DNA of 64,000 bases from a virus. This document shows positions 1 through 7,807 of the stretch, one piece after another. The DNA lies in the IMG/VR virus record IMGVR_UViG_3300045988_101835. One strand, given 5' to 3'. Position numbers and translations under genes: made by a program. The notes below the pieces were generated by a model. The model saw nothing but the letters and a program-made list of their open reading frames with translations, was not told where the DNA came from and ran no database searches. Every line of letters begins with the position of its first letter. The stretch's first letter is position 1.

Positions 1-198
1 CACGACCGGGACTTCAATGCCGCTTGCAACATAAAAGAATTTGGCTTGAAAGCCCTACCCACGGAGCGTGGGAAAGTCAAGCCTGTGGACTGCCCTCTTG
101 TGGATGACCGACCTCGTGTCCTAAAAAGCAATGGCAGGAAGAAGCAGGAAAAGAGAGGAGGTATTGGTATCTCCGAAGCCGCTAAATCTTTAGTTTAG
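1..198 (+). CDS. tnpB: TnpB-family (IS200/IS605 OrfB) nuclease, C-terminal fragment; the 5' part lies outside the window
   Basis: Frame 1 reads HDRDFNAACNIKEFGLKALPTERGKVKPV... to TAG at 196-198. HDRD(F/L)NAA.NI is the last RuvC motif, also seen in both full copies here. Confidence 0.7.
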   Translation, partial: HDRDFNAACNIKEFGLKALPTERGKVKPVDCPLVDDRPRVLKSNGRKKQEKRGGIGISEAAKSLV

Positions 199-201
199 CG
201 G
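179..201 (+). repeat. Subterminal hairpin (ccgctaaa-N7-tttagcgg) at the end of the truncated tnpB; candidate IS right-end / omegaRNA stem
   Basis: Perfect 8-bp inverted repeat read directly from the sequence, straddling the stop codon. Confidence 0.5.
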
Positions 202-1383
202 TAGTTCACATTTGCAAAGCAATTATAGTCATCTATGCTGACATACAAATACAAACTTTACAGAACGCGTCGAACCATATGGTTGGATCGAATGCTTTGT
301 GAGTGTGCATTTGTATGGAACCACGCGCTGGCACTTCAACGTAGATGCTATCGCATGTATGGTACGTACGTTTCCACGGTAGACATGCAGAAGCATTTTG
401 TCAAACGCATCAAGCGGAATTTACTATATTCTCATAATAGTATTGAAGTTTTGCAACGTCTCGATGCGGCCTACCAGCGTTTCTTTAAGAAGCTTGCTAA
501 GCGGCCGCCTAAGTTTCGTCGTGCGGCCGACTTCCAATCATTCGTCTACAAACTCCACTATGGCTATAAAATAGATGGCAATTGCTTTACGATTAACAGA
601 CTTAAGAAAACTTATAAATTTCACAAATCACGTGACTTTAATGGCGCGATAAAGACGGTTCGCGTTAAGCGTGATCCGTGCGGTGACTTTTGGTTGTACG
701 TTACGACCGATGCTAAGGTTGAATCCAGCAACACGACACATGATGGTGCGGTTGTAGGCATTGACTTTGGTCTTAAGACGTACTTGACGTTATCCGACGG
801 ACGTACATACGAGAACCCTCAGTTCTTCAAGCAGTCGCTTCGTGATATTCATAAGGTGCACCGTCGGTTGAGTCGCTCTATAAAGGGTTCTAATAATTAT
901 CGTCGTCGCCGTTTGGAGCTTGGTCGGCTTTATCGTCGCATTAGCAACCACCGTGATGATTATCAGTGGCGCTTGACGCATGAGCTATGTCGTCGTTATT
1001 CTACGATTTGCTTGGAGACATTGAGTCTAGAGGGCATGCGTCGTTTGTGGGGCCGTAAGCTTTCGGACCTTAGCCACGCATCTTTCGTGTTTCGTTTGGA
1101 ACACGTAGCCGTTAAGTACAACACTAACGTTGTTCATGTTGACAAGTGGTTTGCTAGCAGCAAGACGTGTAGTGGTTGCGGGTACGTTAATAAGGAGCTT
1201 CGTTTGGTTGATCGGTCGTGGACTTGCCCACAATGTGGCGCACGCCATGATCGTGATTTCAACGCAGCGTTAAACATTAAGCGTTCGGGCATGGACGCGT
1301 TGATTAGTGGTTGTAAGCCCGCTTTTAGCGGCAGCCATGTTTGAGTCAAGAATCCAGCGTCTTTAGGCGTGGGAGTGTGTCAA
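199..1383 (+). mobile_element. tnpB-only IS605-family remnant with an intact right end and no tnpA or left-end hairpin
   Basis: The right-end hairpin foot is at 1373 and TCAA at 1380-1383, 10 nt past the foot, as in the complete copy at 33862..35517. Similarity to that copy starts only at 'atttgcaaa' (about 210). Confidence 0.5.
235..1344 (+). CDS. tnpB: TnpB RNA-guided endonuclease (IS605 OrfB family), copy A
   Basis: 369 aa. RuvC motifs VVGIDFGLK, ICLETLS and HDRDFNAALNI, plus zinc ribbon CSGCG...CPQCG. Close paralog of ORF 34370..35500. Confidence 0.9.
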   Translation: MLTYKYKLYRTRRTIWLDRMLCECAFVWNHALALQRRCYRMYGTYVSTVDMQKHFVKRIKRNLLYSHNSIEVLQRLDAAYQRFFKKLAKRPPKFRRAADFQSFVYKLHYGYKIDGNCFTINRLKKTYKFHKSRDFNGAIKTVRVKRDPCGDFWLYVTTDAKVESSNTTHDGAVVGIDFGLKTYLTLSDGRTYENPQFFKQSLRDIHKVHRRLSRSIKGSNNYRRRRLELGRLYRRISNHRDDYQWRLTHELCRRYSTICLETLSLEGMRRLWGRKLSDLSHASFVFRLEHVAVKYNTNVVHVDKWFASSKTCSGCGYVNKELRLVDRSWTCPQCGARHDRDFNAALNIKRSGMDALISGCKPAFSGSHV

Positions 1384-1403
1384 TGTTTTGTAAAATTTAA
1401 TAA
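1200..1403 (+). ncRNA. Predicted omegaRNA (reRNA) of TnpB copy A: scaffold over the tnpB 3' end and right end, guide about 1384-1403. Boundaries are approximate.
   Basis: By analogy with characterised TnpB systems. Hairpin at 1354-1373 shows G-U to G-C covariation against copy B. Element end TCAA at 1383. Confidence 0.35.
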
Positions 1404-1406
1404 ATC

Positions 1407-1667
1407 ATGAAAAGTGTAAAAGAGAAAGCGAAGGAGTATTTAGAGTCTTTGCCGCGCGATGCGTTATCATGTTATATTGGTATGCCGAAGGTGGTTATAG
1501 CTGTTTCGCTAGCGGAGCAGGAAGCCGAGGAGCGGATGCGGGCTAAAGCAATCAGCGCGTTCGATGATATGTGGTTCGAGAATGGTGAGGATGGAGAGTT
1601 CGAGCCGGATTATGAGTATCACCGAAGGAATTTCATCCAAAAACTGAACGAATATGAAAACGATTGA
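1407..1667 (+). CDS. Hypothetical protein (acidic C-terminus)
   Basis: ORF-track ORF. A-rich composition unlike the phage core. Overlaps the next ORF. Confidence 0.55.
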   Translation: MKSVKEKAKEYLESLPRDALSCYIGMPKVVIAVSLAEQEAEERMRAKAISAFDDMWFENGEDGEFEPDYEYHRRNFIQKLNEYEND

Positions 1668-1941
1668 TGAAAGGGCAAGGGAATGGGTGGATTCGCAGGG
1701 AGCCGGGAGCGTGCATCCATACAATAGGCTGGCGATGATAGACGCTTATATTGCCGCTTATAAGGAACTGGCGCGGTGGAACGACCCCAAAGAGGTGTTG
1801 CCCAAACCGCATAAAGATGTTCTCGTAAAATGTCCGGGCGGTCAAATTGCGATTGATTTCTATTCGCCCAAATTGGGTTGTTTCTTCATCGAACATTCAA
1901 CCGACGCCAAAGTTACCGGCTGGCGTGAAATTTATGAATAG
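1654..1941 (+). CDS. DUF551-like phage protein
   Basis: Pattern W.DPKEVLPK..KDVLVK...G.I....Y......F......KVTGWREI is typical of DUF551. Confidence 0.55.
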   Translation: MKTIDERAREWVDSQGAGSVHPYNRLAMIDAYIAAYKELARWNDPKEVLPKPHKDVLVKCPGGQIAIDFYSPKLGCFFIEHSTDAKVTGWREIYE

Positions 1942-2410
1942 GGGTATGCCGACAATCGCAGTGTGGTTTAGTTGTGGTGCTGCGAGCGCAGTAGCTGCTA
2001 AAATGACGATAGATAAGTACGGGAAAGATTATCGAGTCTTCGTGGTGAATAATCCGATTAAGGAGGAGGACGGGGATAACGTTCGCTTCAAGAAGGATGT
2101 GGGGCAGTGGATAGGTCAGCCGATAATCGAAGCTGTCAATCCGGAATTTCCGAATGCATCTATATGTGAGGTCTTTGATCGTAAGAAATATATGTCTGGT
2201 GTCGGCGGGGCGCCATGTACTCTAATGCTAAAGAAAATGGCGCGGTATCATTTTGAGCGCACGCATGAAATCGACTATCACGTGCTGGGCTTCACTAGAG
2301 ATGAGGTAGATCGCCATAAACGATTTACCAAGTACGAGCGTAGTAATGTAATACCTGTATTGATAGATGCAGGTATTTCCAAAGGTGACTGTTTTACGAT
2401 TTTGCAATGA
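1934..2410 (+). CDS. PAPS reductase / PP-loop family protein, N-terminal part (frameshifted gene)
   Basis: MNRGMPTIAVWFSCGAASAVAA is a degenerate SGGxDS PP-loop. It ends ...ISKGDCFTILQ* and the protein continues in the +1 frame. Confidence 0.6.
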   Translation: MNRGMPTIAVWFSCGAASAVAAKMTIDKYGKDYRVFVVNNPIKEEDGDNVRFKKDVGQWIGQPIIEAVNPEFPNASICEVFDRKKYMSGVGGAPCTLMLKKMARYHFERTHEIDYHVLGFTRDEVDRHKRFTKYERSNVIPVLIDAGISKGDCFTILQ

Positions 2411-2678
2411 TGCTGGTATTAAATTGCCACGTGTCTATTCTATGGGCTATCCGAATGCTAATTGTATAGGATGTGTCAAATCCTCTAGTCCGACTTATTG
2501 GAATTTGGTTCGTTCGATGCATCCGGAGGTATTTGCTGCTCGTGCAGAGCAGAGCCGCAGGATTGGCTGTCGCTTGGTTAAAGTGCGCGGTGAGCGGATT
2601 TTTCTAGATGAGCTTGATCCTCGTGCTCGTGGTGGTAAAATAAAATCGTATGACTGCGGAATATTCTGCGACTTGTGA
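2367..2678 (+). CDS. PAPS reductase family protein, C-terminal part (frameshifted gene)
   Basis: CNDAGIKLPRVYSMGYPNANCIGC is the conserved C-terminal Y..GY....C..C block of the PAPS reductase fold. Confidence 0.6.
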   Translation: MQVFPKVTVLRFCNDAGIKLPRVYSMGYPNANCIGCVKSSSPTYWNLVRSMHPEVFAARAEQSRRIGCRLVKVRGERIFLDELDPRARGGKIKSYDCGIFCDL

Positions 2679-2680
2679 TT

Positions 2681-2878
2681 ATGAAAGCCAAACTACTGAG
2701 ACGGCTGCGGTATGACGATGCGGGTTTATTTTACAGTTCTATGGGTATGACGGGCGCGGGGTGGCTTCATATCTTCGATGTACTTACACAGTGTAAGGTT
2801 GACTATCGTGGTTTGATTGGTTTGGGCAAGGCGATTGATGTTTATGAGCTTGGTTTAGACTCTTATAACGTTGTGTGA
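2681..2878 (+). CDS. Hypothetical protein sharing a DYRGLI..G.AI.V motif with ORF 54054..54557
   Basis: ATG at 2681 overlaps the upstream stop. Motif VDYRGLIGLGKAIDVYEL. Confidence 0.5.
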   Translation: MKAKLLRRLRYDDAGLFYSSMGMTGAGWLHIFDVLTQCKVDYRGLIGLGKAIDVYELGLDSYNVV

Positions 2879-3177
2879 TGGCTATGACTGTGTATGCTTT
2901 GGCTAGGGCTTTTTGCAACTTTTTGGAGTCGGAGGGAATTCTGGATAAGTTCTTAAATCGCTTTTCTTTGTCGATTTTAAATACACCGGAGGATCGTGAT
3001 GATTTGCGAGACTTTATTGTGTGTCGTTATTTTTATGTCCGTGCTGATATGACTTTTCAGGAATTTGCTAAGTCTTTGGTTTCGCTTGCTTTCAAGTGGC
3101 GGCTTACGCCGGAGGGCGAGAGTTTTTGGCGTGATGTATCTACCCGCTGGGTTGCTCATCTTCGAAGTTTAAAATAG
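2878..3177 (+). CDS. Hypothetical protein, paralog of ORF 33051..33329
   Basis: Shared pattern F.FLE.EG...F......F(K/R)W....EG..(F/Y)W.D....W. Confidence 0.55.
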   Translation: MAMTVYALARAFCNFLESEGILDKFLNRFSLSILNTPEDRDDLRDFIVCRYFYVRADMTFQEFAKSLVSLAFKWRLTPEGESFWRDVSTRWVAHLRSLK

Positions 3178-3184
3178 GGTGGTT

Positions 3185-3655
3185 ATGCAATACTTTCTTA
3201 TTATTGATATAGACGGTACGATTGCTTCGTGTGATCATCGTCTTCATTTTATTTCTGGAGCGTCTAAGGACTGGGACTCTTTTTATGCTGGGGTTGAGGG
3301 TGATCCTATTATCGAGAACGTTGCTTGCGTTATTCGTTCGTTGCTTTCTCCGTCTTTACCGCATAACCATTATACGCCTATTTTCATTACGGGGCGTCCT
3401 GAGCGCTGTAAGGAGGCTACCATTCAGTGGCTGTCAGGCTTTGGGTTATGGCGTTCAGACGCAGTCTATCTTTGTCGCCCGGATGCGGACCATTGTCCGG
3501 ACGTGGCTTTGAAGGCTCGTCATTTGGATTACGTGTCTAAGACCTACGGAGTAGCATCCCATAATACGATTATCTTTGAGGATCGTGCCCGTGTCGTAGA
3601 TATGTATCGTTCACGAGGTTTTACGGTGTTTCAGGTCGCTGACGGAAAATATTAA
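3185..3655 (+). CDS. HAD-superfamily phosphatase (nucleotidase / polynucleotide 3'-phosphatase-like)
   Basis: Motif I IIDIDGT, motif II FITGR, motif IV IIFEDR. Confidence 0.7.
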   Translation: MQYFLIIDIDGTIASCDHRLHFISGASKDWDSFYAGVEGDPIIENVACVIRSLLSPSLPHNHYTPIFITGRPERCKEATIQWLSGFGLWRSDAVYLCRPDADHCPDVALKARHLDYVSKTYGVASHNTIIFEDRARVVDMYRSRGFTVFQVADGKY

Positions 3656-3665
3656 TGGTTTATAA

Positions 3666-3697
3666 TTTGGAGGTGTTAATTTAATTTACTATCTTTG
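3666..3697 (+). promoter_or_regulatory. Bacteroidota-type promoter (-33 TTTG, 20 nt, -7 TAtcTTTG)
   Basis: tttg at 3666-3669 and tatctttg at 3690-3697. Lies in the intergenic gap before ORF 3726. Confidence 0.6.
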
Positions 3698-3725
3698 TTT
3701 TAGAAATAAAATTAACACTTTCCAT

Positions 3726-4028
3726 ATGAATCGCAACTTTCTATTTCCGGTTTTTGAGCGTGTCTACGCTTCTGTTGTTTCTGATTGGCGGAGACACTTG
3801 TTATCCTTACCCGTGGGTACGGTCCTGCTGGTTTCGAGTACCTTATCGCTGGGTGTTCGTGACGAAGGGTTGCAGGGGTCTCCGTCGTTGTTCGTCGAGG
3901 ACTGTAGTTCTGTTGTCGGCGGTCGTTTCAGCGTTGTTCGGGACTTCGATCAGCTTCCTCTTTCTGATCAGTTTGCAATCGTAGCATCTTTGGATCGCAC
4001 GACGCCTGTGCTGGTCAAGGAGTTATAG
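3726..4028 (+). CDS. Hypothetical protein
   Basis: ORF-track ORF downstream of a host-type promoter. Confidence 0.55.
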   Translation: MNRNFLFPVFERVYASVVSDWRRHLLSLPVGTVLLVSSTLSLGVRDEGLQGSPSLFVEDCSSVVGGRFSVVRDFDQLPLSDQFAIVASLDRTTPVLVKEL

Positions 4029-4060
4029 ATGCTTACGTTTATTGTCTTACTTAATATATT

Positions 4061-5011
4061 ATGTTCATGAGTTCTACTGTTCAGTCCTTCCTCGTCACTT
4101 CCTGTAAAAAGGCCGTAGCTAAGAACGGTCGTTACTATAATCAGCTTGTCGTAGTTGACGAGCATGGCACTTCCATTTCGTGCTTTTTTTGGGAGAACAC
4201 GGATGCTTTGATGGATCATGTCATTCTGCTTTATGACGGTGTTCCGGAGGCTAACAGTGCTGGGTTCCGGTCTTTCTCGGAGGATCGGTTCGCGGGCGAT
4301 CTTGGTAACTTCATGAAGGATGCCAAGCTTCAGGAGCAGTATCCTCATTGGGCGTCATTCGTCCATCCGTGCCCTACGTTTGATCGTTTTCAGGCATGCC
4401 TTTCGCATCTTCTCGCTGATTGGGTTACCGCTCCAGAGACGCCTGTTGAGTCACTCTCGGCGCGGCAAAAGGTCGTCCGTAAGCTTTTCGAGGAGCTTCC
4501 GGCTTTGTACCAGCTTTACTGTGCTTATCCGGCTGCTGCTAAATTCCATCATGCTTACGAAGGTGGCCTTGCTCAGCATACGTTCGAGATTCTTTACATG
4601 CTGTGGGGTCTTCGTAAGACTTTCCCTTATCAGTTGGACTTGTTCGTCATTACGCTTGCAGCTTTATACCATGACTGGGGCAAGACGAAGGAGTACACGC
4701 CGGAGGTCTTCGAGTATGACGAGACTTTGTGCTTGAAGCCCCATTCGGTTTCCTCCGCGGAGTATGTGAAGGATGTCTATGGTGAGTTCCTTTCGGAGGG
4801 GCTTTTGGAGCGCATTCAGCATTGCATCTATTCGCATCATGGCCGTAAGGAGTGGGGTGTTGCATCTGTTCCGGCTACGGTCGAGGCTTTCGTCCTTTCG
4901 GAGCTTGACCTTCTTTCGGGACATGGTGCTGCTTTCTTTGCGGTTCCGAATCTGGACTACTCGTCTGCTATCGAGCGTCGTGTTATTAACACACCTAATC
5001 CGGAGGAGTAG
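4061..5011 (+). CDS. YhaM-like OB-fold + HD-domain 3'-5' exonuclease / phosphohydrolase
   Basis: YPAAAKFHHAYEGGLAQHT, LYHDWGKTKE and YSHHGRKEWG line up with YhaM HD motifs. Size is 316 aa. Confidence 0.8.
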   Translation: MFMSSTVQSFLVTSCKKAVAKNGRYYNQLVVVDEHGTSISCFFWENTDALMDHVILLYDGVPEANSAGFRSFSEDRFAGDLGNFMKDAKLQEQYPHWASFVHPCPTFDRFQACLSHLLADWVTAPETPVESLSARQKVVRKLFEELPALYQLYCAYPAAAKFHHAYEGGLAQHTFEILYMLWGLRKTFPYQLDLFVITLAALYHDWGKTKEYTPEVFEYDETLCLKPHSVSSAEYVKDVYGEFLSEGLLERIQHCIYSHHGRKEWGVASVPATVEAFVLSELDLLSGHGAAFFAVPNLDYSSAIERRVINTPNPEE

Positions 5012-5014
5012 CTT

Positions 5015-5641
5015 ATGGCTTCAGTTTTGTTTTTGACGGCTACGGACAAGGAGCGGCTTAAGATTAAGCCCCTCCTTGCTCGTCATTCTATTTTAGAGGA
5101 GCTGGCGGTTTCGTGGCGTATTGAGTCGGTGGGTTATACTGACTTGGAGGCGGCGTGCAATACTTCCGTGGAGTTGACTCGTGAGTACGATCTTATTGTA
5201 CGCCTTGGGTATGCTTTAGTGAGTTATCCTACTAAGATTGTAGGCGGCACTCTCTTTTGTGGATCTTCACTTCAGGGTCCTGCTGCGGCGTCTTTGGCTG
5301 GCACGGAGTTTTATGCTTCGCCAGCAGCGGGTAATGGTTTAGTTTTGTCTCCTGTTTGTACTGCTGGGTGTTTTATCGGTGATGTTGGTGTTGCTTCCCG
5401 TGCTTGGCCTTACGATACTACTGTTGTGTATGATGACGCTATGGGAGGTATTGTTGTGGCTCGCAATTGCATTTCTCCGGCTACGGAGATAGGTGCGGTT
5501 TACCTCGGTGTTGTTGATCCGCGTCATGACTCTTATAGTGTTTCTGAGTTTGAGGCTTGCTGTGACGTTTATCCTAATGTTGCAGGCTTGGTTGACGCTG
5601 CTTGTGAGCTTGTTGAGTTTTGGGACATCAAATCTAAGTAG
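5015..5641 (+). CDS. Nucleoside phosphorylase-superfamily protein (Pfs/MtnN-like nucleosidase)
   Basis: FIGDVGVASRAWPYD resembles Pfs KVGDIVVSDEARYHD, and YSVSEFEACCDV resembles LSFDEFLAVAAK. The fold-level pattern is conserved. Confidence 0.45.
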   Translation: MASVLFLTATDKERLKIKPLLARHSILEELAVSWRIESVGYTDLEAACNTSVELTREYDLIVRLGYALVSYPTKIVGGTLFCGSSLQGPAAASLAGTEFYASPAAGNGLVLSPVCTAGCFIGDVGVASRAWPYDTTVVYDDAMGGIVVARNCISPATEIGAVYLGVVDPRHDSYSVSEFEACCDVYPNVAGLVDAACELVEFWDIKSK

Positions 5642-5644
5642 AGT

Positions 5645-5929
5645 ATGGCTCTAATTTCTCCATCTGAGTATGAGCGCGCTTTGCATATTGTGGAGCGGTT
5701 TAAGGCTCAGCAATCCACTTTCAAGCAACTTGCGGAAGATGCTCCCAAGTTGTTTCCTGTTGGCACGGAAGTTGGTTCTACGAAGTCTCTTATGACGGGT
5801 GTTGTTTACGGCTACGGGAGTTGGCGAGGCGTTCCATTGCTGAAGGTTCATTATCCCACGCATGGTGATAGTTTTGGTTCGGGTACTATTCTGGTTCCGA
5901 ATGCTTACGTTATTCGTTCTGCAGAGTAG
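5645..5929 (+). CDS. Hypothetical protein
   Basis: ORF-track ORF, tightly packed between neighbours. Confidence 0.55.
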   Translation: MALISPSEYERALHIVERFKAQQSTFKQLAEDAPKLFPVGTEVGSTKSLMTGVVYGYGSWRGVPLLKVHYPTHGDSFGSGTILVPNAYVIRSAE

Positions 5930-5931
5930 TC

Positions 5932-6348
5932 ATGCGTCTTTTGGTTCGTGATAAGTCGGAGTTTGTCAACTTCGTTCATAACATTTCGGAGCTTCGAGAC
6001 TTCGTTGAGGCTTATGTTCCGGGTACACGTATTGTTCTTGGGGACATCAGCACCTTTTCCAAGCAGATGGTTCCCATGCTTTTGAAGCTCACGGAGGAGA
6101 ATCCTCAGATTGACTGTTATAGTTCTTTGGATATTGTCGATCCGGTTTTGCTCAGTAGGTTTCGGGAGGTTGTGAAGGTTCCGCTTGAGATTCGTTCTGA
6201 GCATTCCGAGAAGGACTTTATGCTCAGTGATCGTTCTTTCTCCAGCACGGTTGCTCACTTGGAGCTTCCGGATACGAGTCGTCTTTTGGCGGTTGGTGCT
6301 TCTAAGACGGAGGTTGCTTTGTTGTCGTTGTCTTTATATAGAGGTTAA
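5932..6348 (+). CDS. Clamp-loader accessory subunit-like protein (delta'/gp62 analogue) lacking a P-loop
   Basis: MLLKLTEENPQ...DPVLLSRFREV resembles LLKTLEEPP...TI.SRC of AAA+ clamp loaders. Confidence 0.4.
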   Translation: MRLLVRDKSEFVNFVHNISELRDFVEAYVPGTRIVLGDISTFSKQMVPMLLKLTEENPQIDCYSSLDIVDPVLLSRFREVVKVPLEIRSEHSEKDFMLSDRSFSSTVAHLELPDTSRLLAVGASKTEVALLSLSLYRG

Positions 6349-6351
6349 ATT

Positions 6352-6624
6352 ATGTCGGGTCCTATTTTCATTATCAGTTTTCTCACATCTTTGACTTTTG
6401 CTTTCATCATTGCTTTGGGGATCTCCGGGCTTCTCAGGTCTTTGGTGCGCTCGCTTCGTGCTTTTTGGTCGCATAAGGAAGACAATGTTAATTCGTCTTC
6501 GAGTGCTGCTGCAGACCTTCATACGGTCGTTAAGGATGTGCTCCTTATGTTTGTGATCTGCTTCATGTGTGCTACGGCCTTTTGGTCGCTTAGGGTTTTG
6601 GTTTATCTTTTATGTCGGGTGTAA
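6352..6624 (+). CDS. Small membrane protein (two hydrophobic helices)
   Basis: Hydrophobic segments IFIISFLTSLTFAFIIALGISGLL and LLMFVICFMCATAFWSL. Confidence 0.5.
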   Translation: MSGPIFIISFLTSLTFAFIIALGISGLLRSLVRSLRAFWSHKEDNVNSSSSAAADLHTVVKDVLLMFVICFMCATAFWSLRVLVYLLCRV

Positions 6625-7292
6625 GGGTCATCTCATTATCTTCGCCGGATTACTTTCGGATTTTGCCGTTTCTCTTTCCGTCCTACGCTGTTTCCAAGAA
6701 TCCTACGTCGAGTTCTGAGTTCATCACTTATCGTGATATTAAGTCTAAGCAGGATCGGGAGTATTTGGATTACGACTACGCGGATTGTGTTTTCATTTCG
6801 CGTCAGATTTTTGATGAGGTCTGGGACGAGGATGTTATCCGCCGTGAGGTTCTGGCTTTCGCCCAGCGTGTCTTTGGTTCCCGCAAGCGTACTTTGAAGA
6901 CTTTGGCTACGGAGGGTCCTGATTTCATAGATGAGTGTCTGGCTTTCATCTTTACTGGGGTTACGTTCGAGGACGAGGAGTCTAAGTTTACGGAGCTATT
7001 TGACTTGTATGGAAGTGTTAAGTTCATTCCTCGGTTTATTCAGGAGTGCGGCAATACGTCTGTGGGTCATGTTTCAGCTTCTATGGATACATTCATACTA
7101 CGTTTACTCAATTCCACGGATTCCCCTTATTACCGTCGTGCTAAGATGCGCTTGGAGAGTAGTCTTCGTCCGTCCATTACGGGAGCTATTGAGGCGATGC
7201 GTACATTGGATAAGTTCTACACGTCGAAGTTTCGGGATTTGTGCCAGTTGTGGTTTTATATGAACTTGCTGCGTAGGCAGTATTTTAAATAG
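6612..7292 (+). CDS. Hypothetical protein
   Basis: 226-aa ORF-track ORF with no motif I recognise. Confidence 0.6.
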   Translation: MSGVRVISLSSPDYFRILPFLFPSYAVSKNPTSSSEFITYRDIKSKQDREYLDYDYADCVFISRQIFDEVWDEDVIRREVLAFAQRVFGSRKRTLKTLATEGPDFIDECLAFIFTGVTFEDEESKFTELFDLYGSVKFIPRFIQECGNTSVGHVSASMDTFILRLLNSTDSPYYRRAKMRLESSLRPSITGAIEAMRTLDKFYTSKFRDLCQLWFYMNLLRRQYFK

Positions 7293-7297
7293 TGAAG

Positions 7298-7684
7298 ATG
7301 GGTGTTGTAGATGCTAAGATAGACGCGGTTGCGATTCTGCAGGCTTACCGGGATAAGTTTGCGGATCAAGATACTATGATTAATAGTTTGTTTGTTCAGT
7401 TGGATACGGAGCTGGATAAGCTTGGTGACCCGTCGCGGTCCCGGTCGGATAAGAACGACGTTGTTCTGGAGTCGGAGTATTTGCTCACGCGCCTTCGTAG
7501 TAAGTTGCTTGTTGAGCTATCGTCCATCCAGAAGGTTTTGAATTCGGTTTCGAATGCCGGGGCCACGAAGTTGTTCAAGGAGCGCTTAAATACGGTCATG
7601 GTTTACTTGGGTCGCCTTAATGATCTGCGTGCGGATTTCGAGGTTATCCAGCGTACTCGGTACGTTGATAATTGGCGTCGATAG
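7298..7684 (+). CDS. Hypothetical coiled-coil protein
   Basis: ATG at 7298, with an alternative GTG at 7292. Confidence 0.55.
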   Translation: MGVVDAKIDAVAILQAYRDKFADQDTMINSLFVQLDTELDKLGDPSRSRSDKNDVVLESEYLLTRLRSKLLVELSSIQKVLNSVSNAGATKLFKERLNTVMVYLGRLNDLRADFEVIQRTRYVDNWRR

Positions 7685-7699
7685 GTACGTTTATGCTGT

Positions 7700-7771
7700 G
7701 TCCACTCTGAGGGCTTATGAGAGAGTGTAGGTCCTTTTCGAAGTCGGCGATGTCCTCGGGGTGGACTTTTT
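7700..7771 (+). terminator. Large stem-loop (13-bp stem including 2 G-U pairs, 41-nt interior) followed by a T-run; terminator or structured RNA
   Basis: gtccactctgagg (7700-7712) pairs with cctcggggtggac (7754-7766), then ttttt. The wobble pairs work only in + strand RNA. Confidence 0.5.
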
Positions 7772-7807
7772 AAGAATCTTTTTTTTTATTAACAAAATAC
7801 TTCGAAT

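Noticed and set aside
7700-7766. Possible tRNA, because the ends form a 7-bp acceptor-like pairing.
   Set aside because: I could not place D, anticodon and T arms on either strand, and there is no GTTCGAATC-like T-loop in the right position. I found no other tRNA-like sequence in the window, including 52090-52170.
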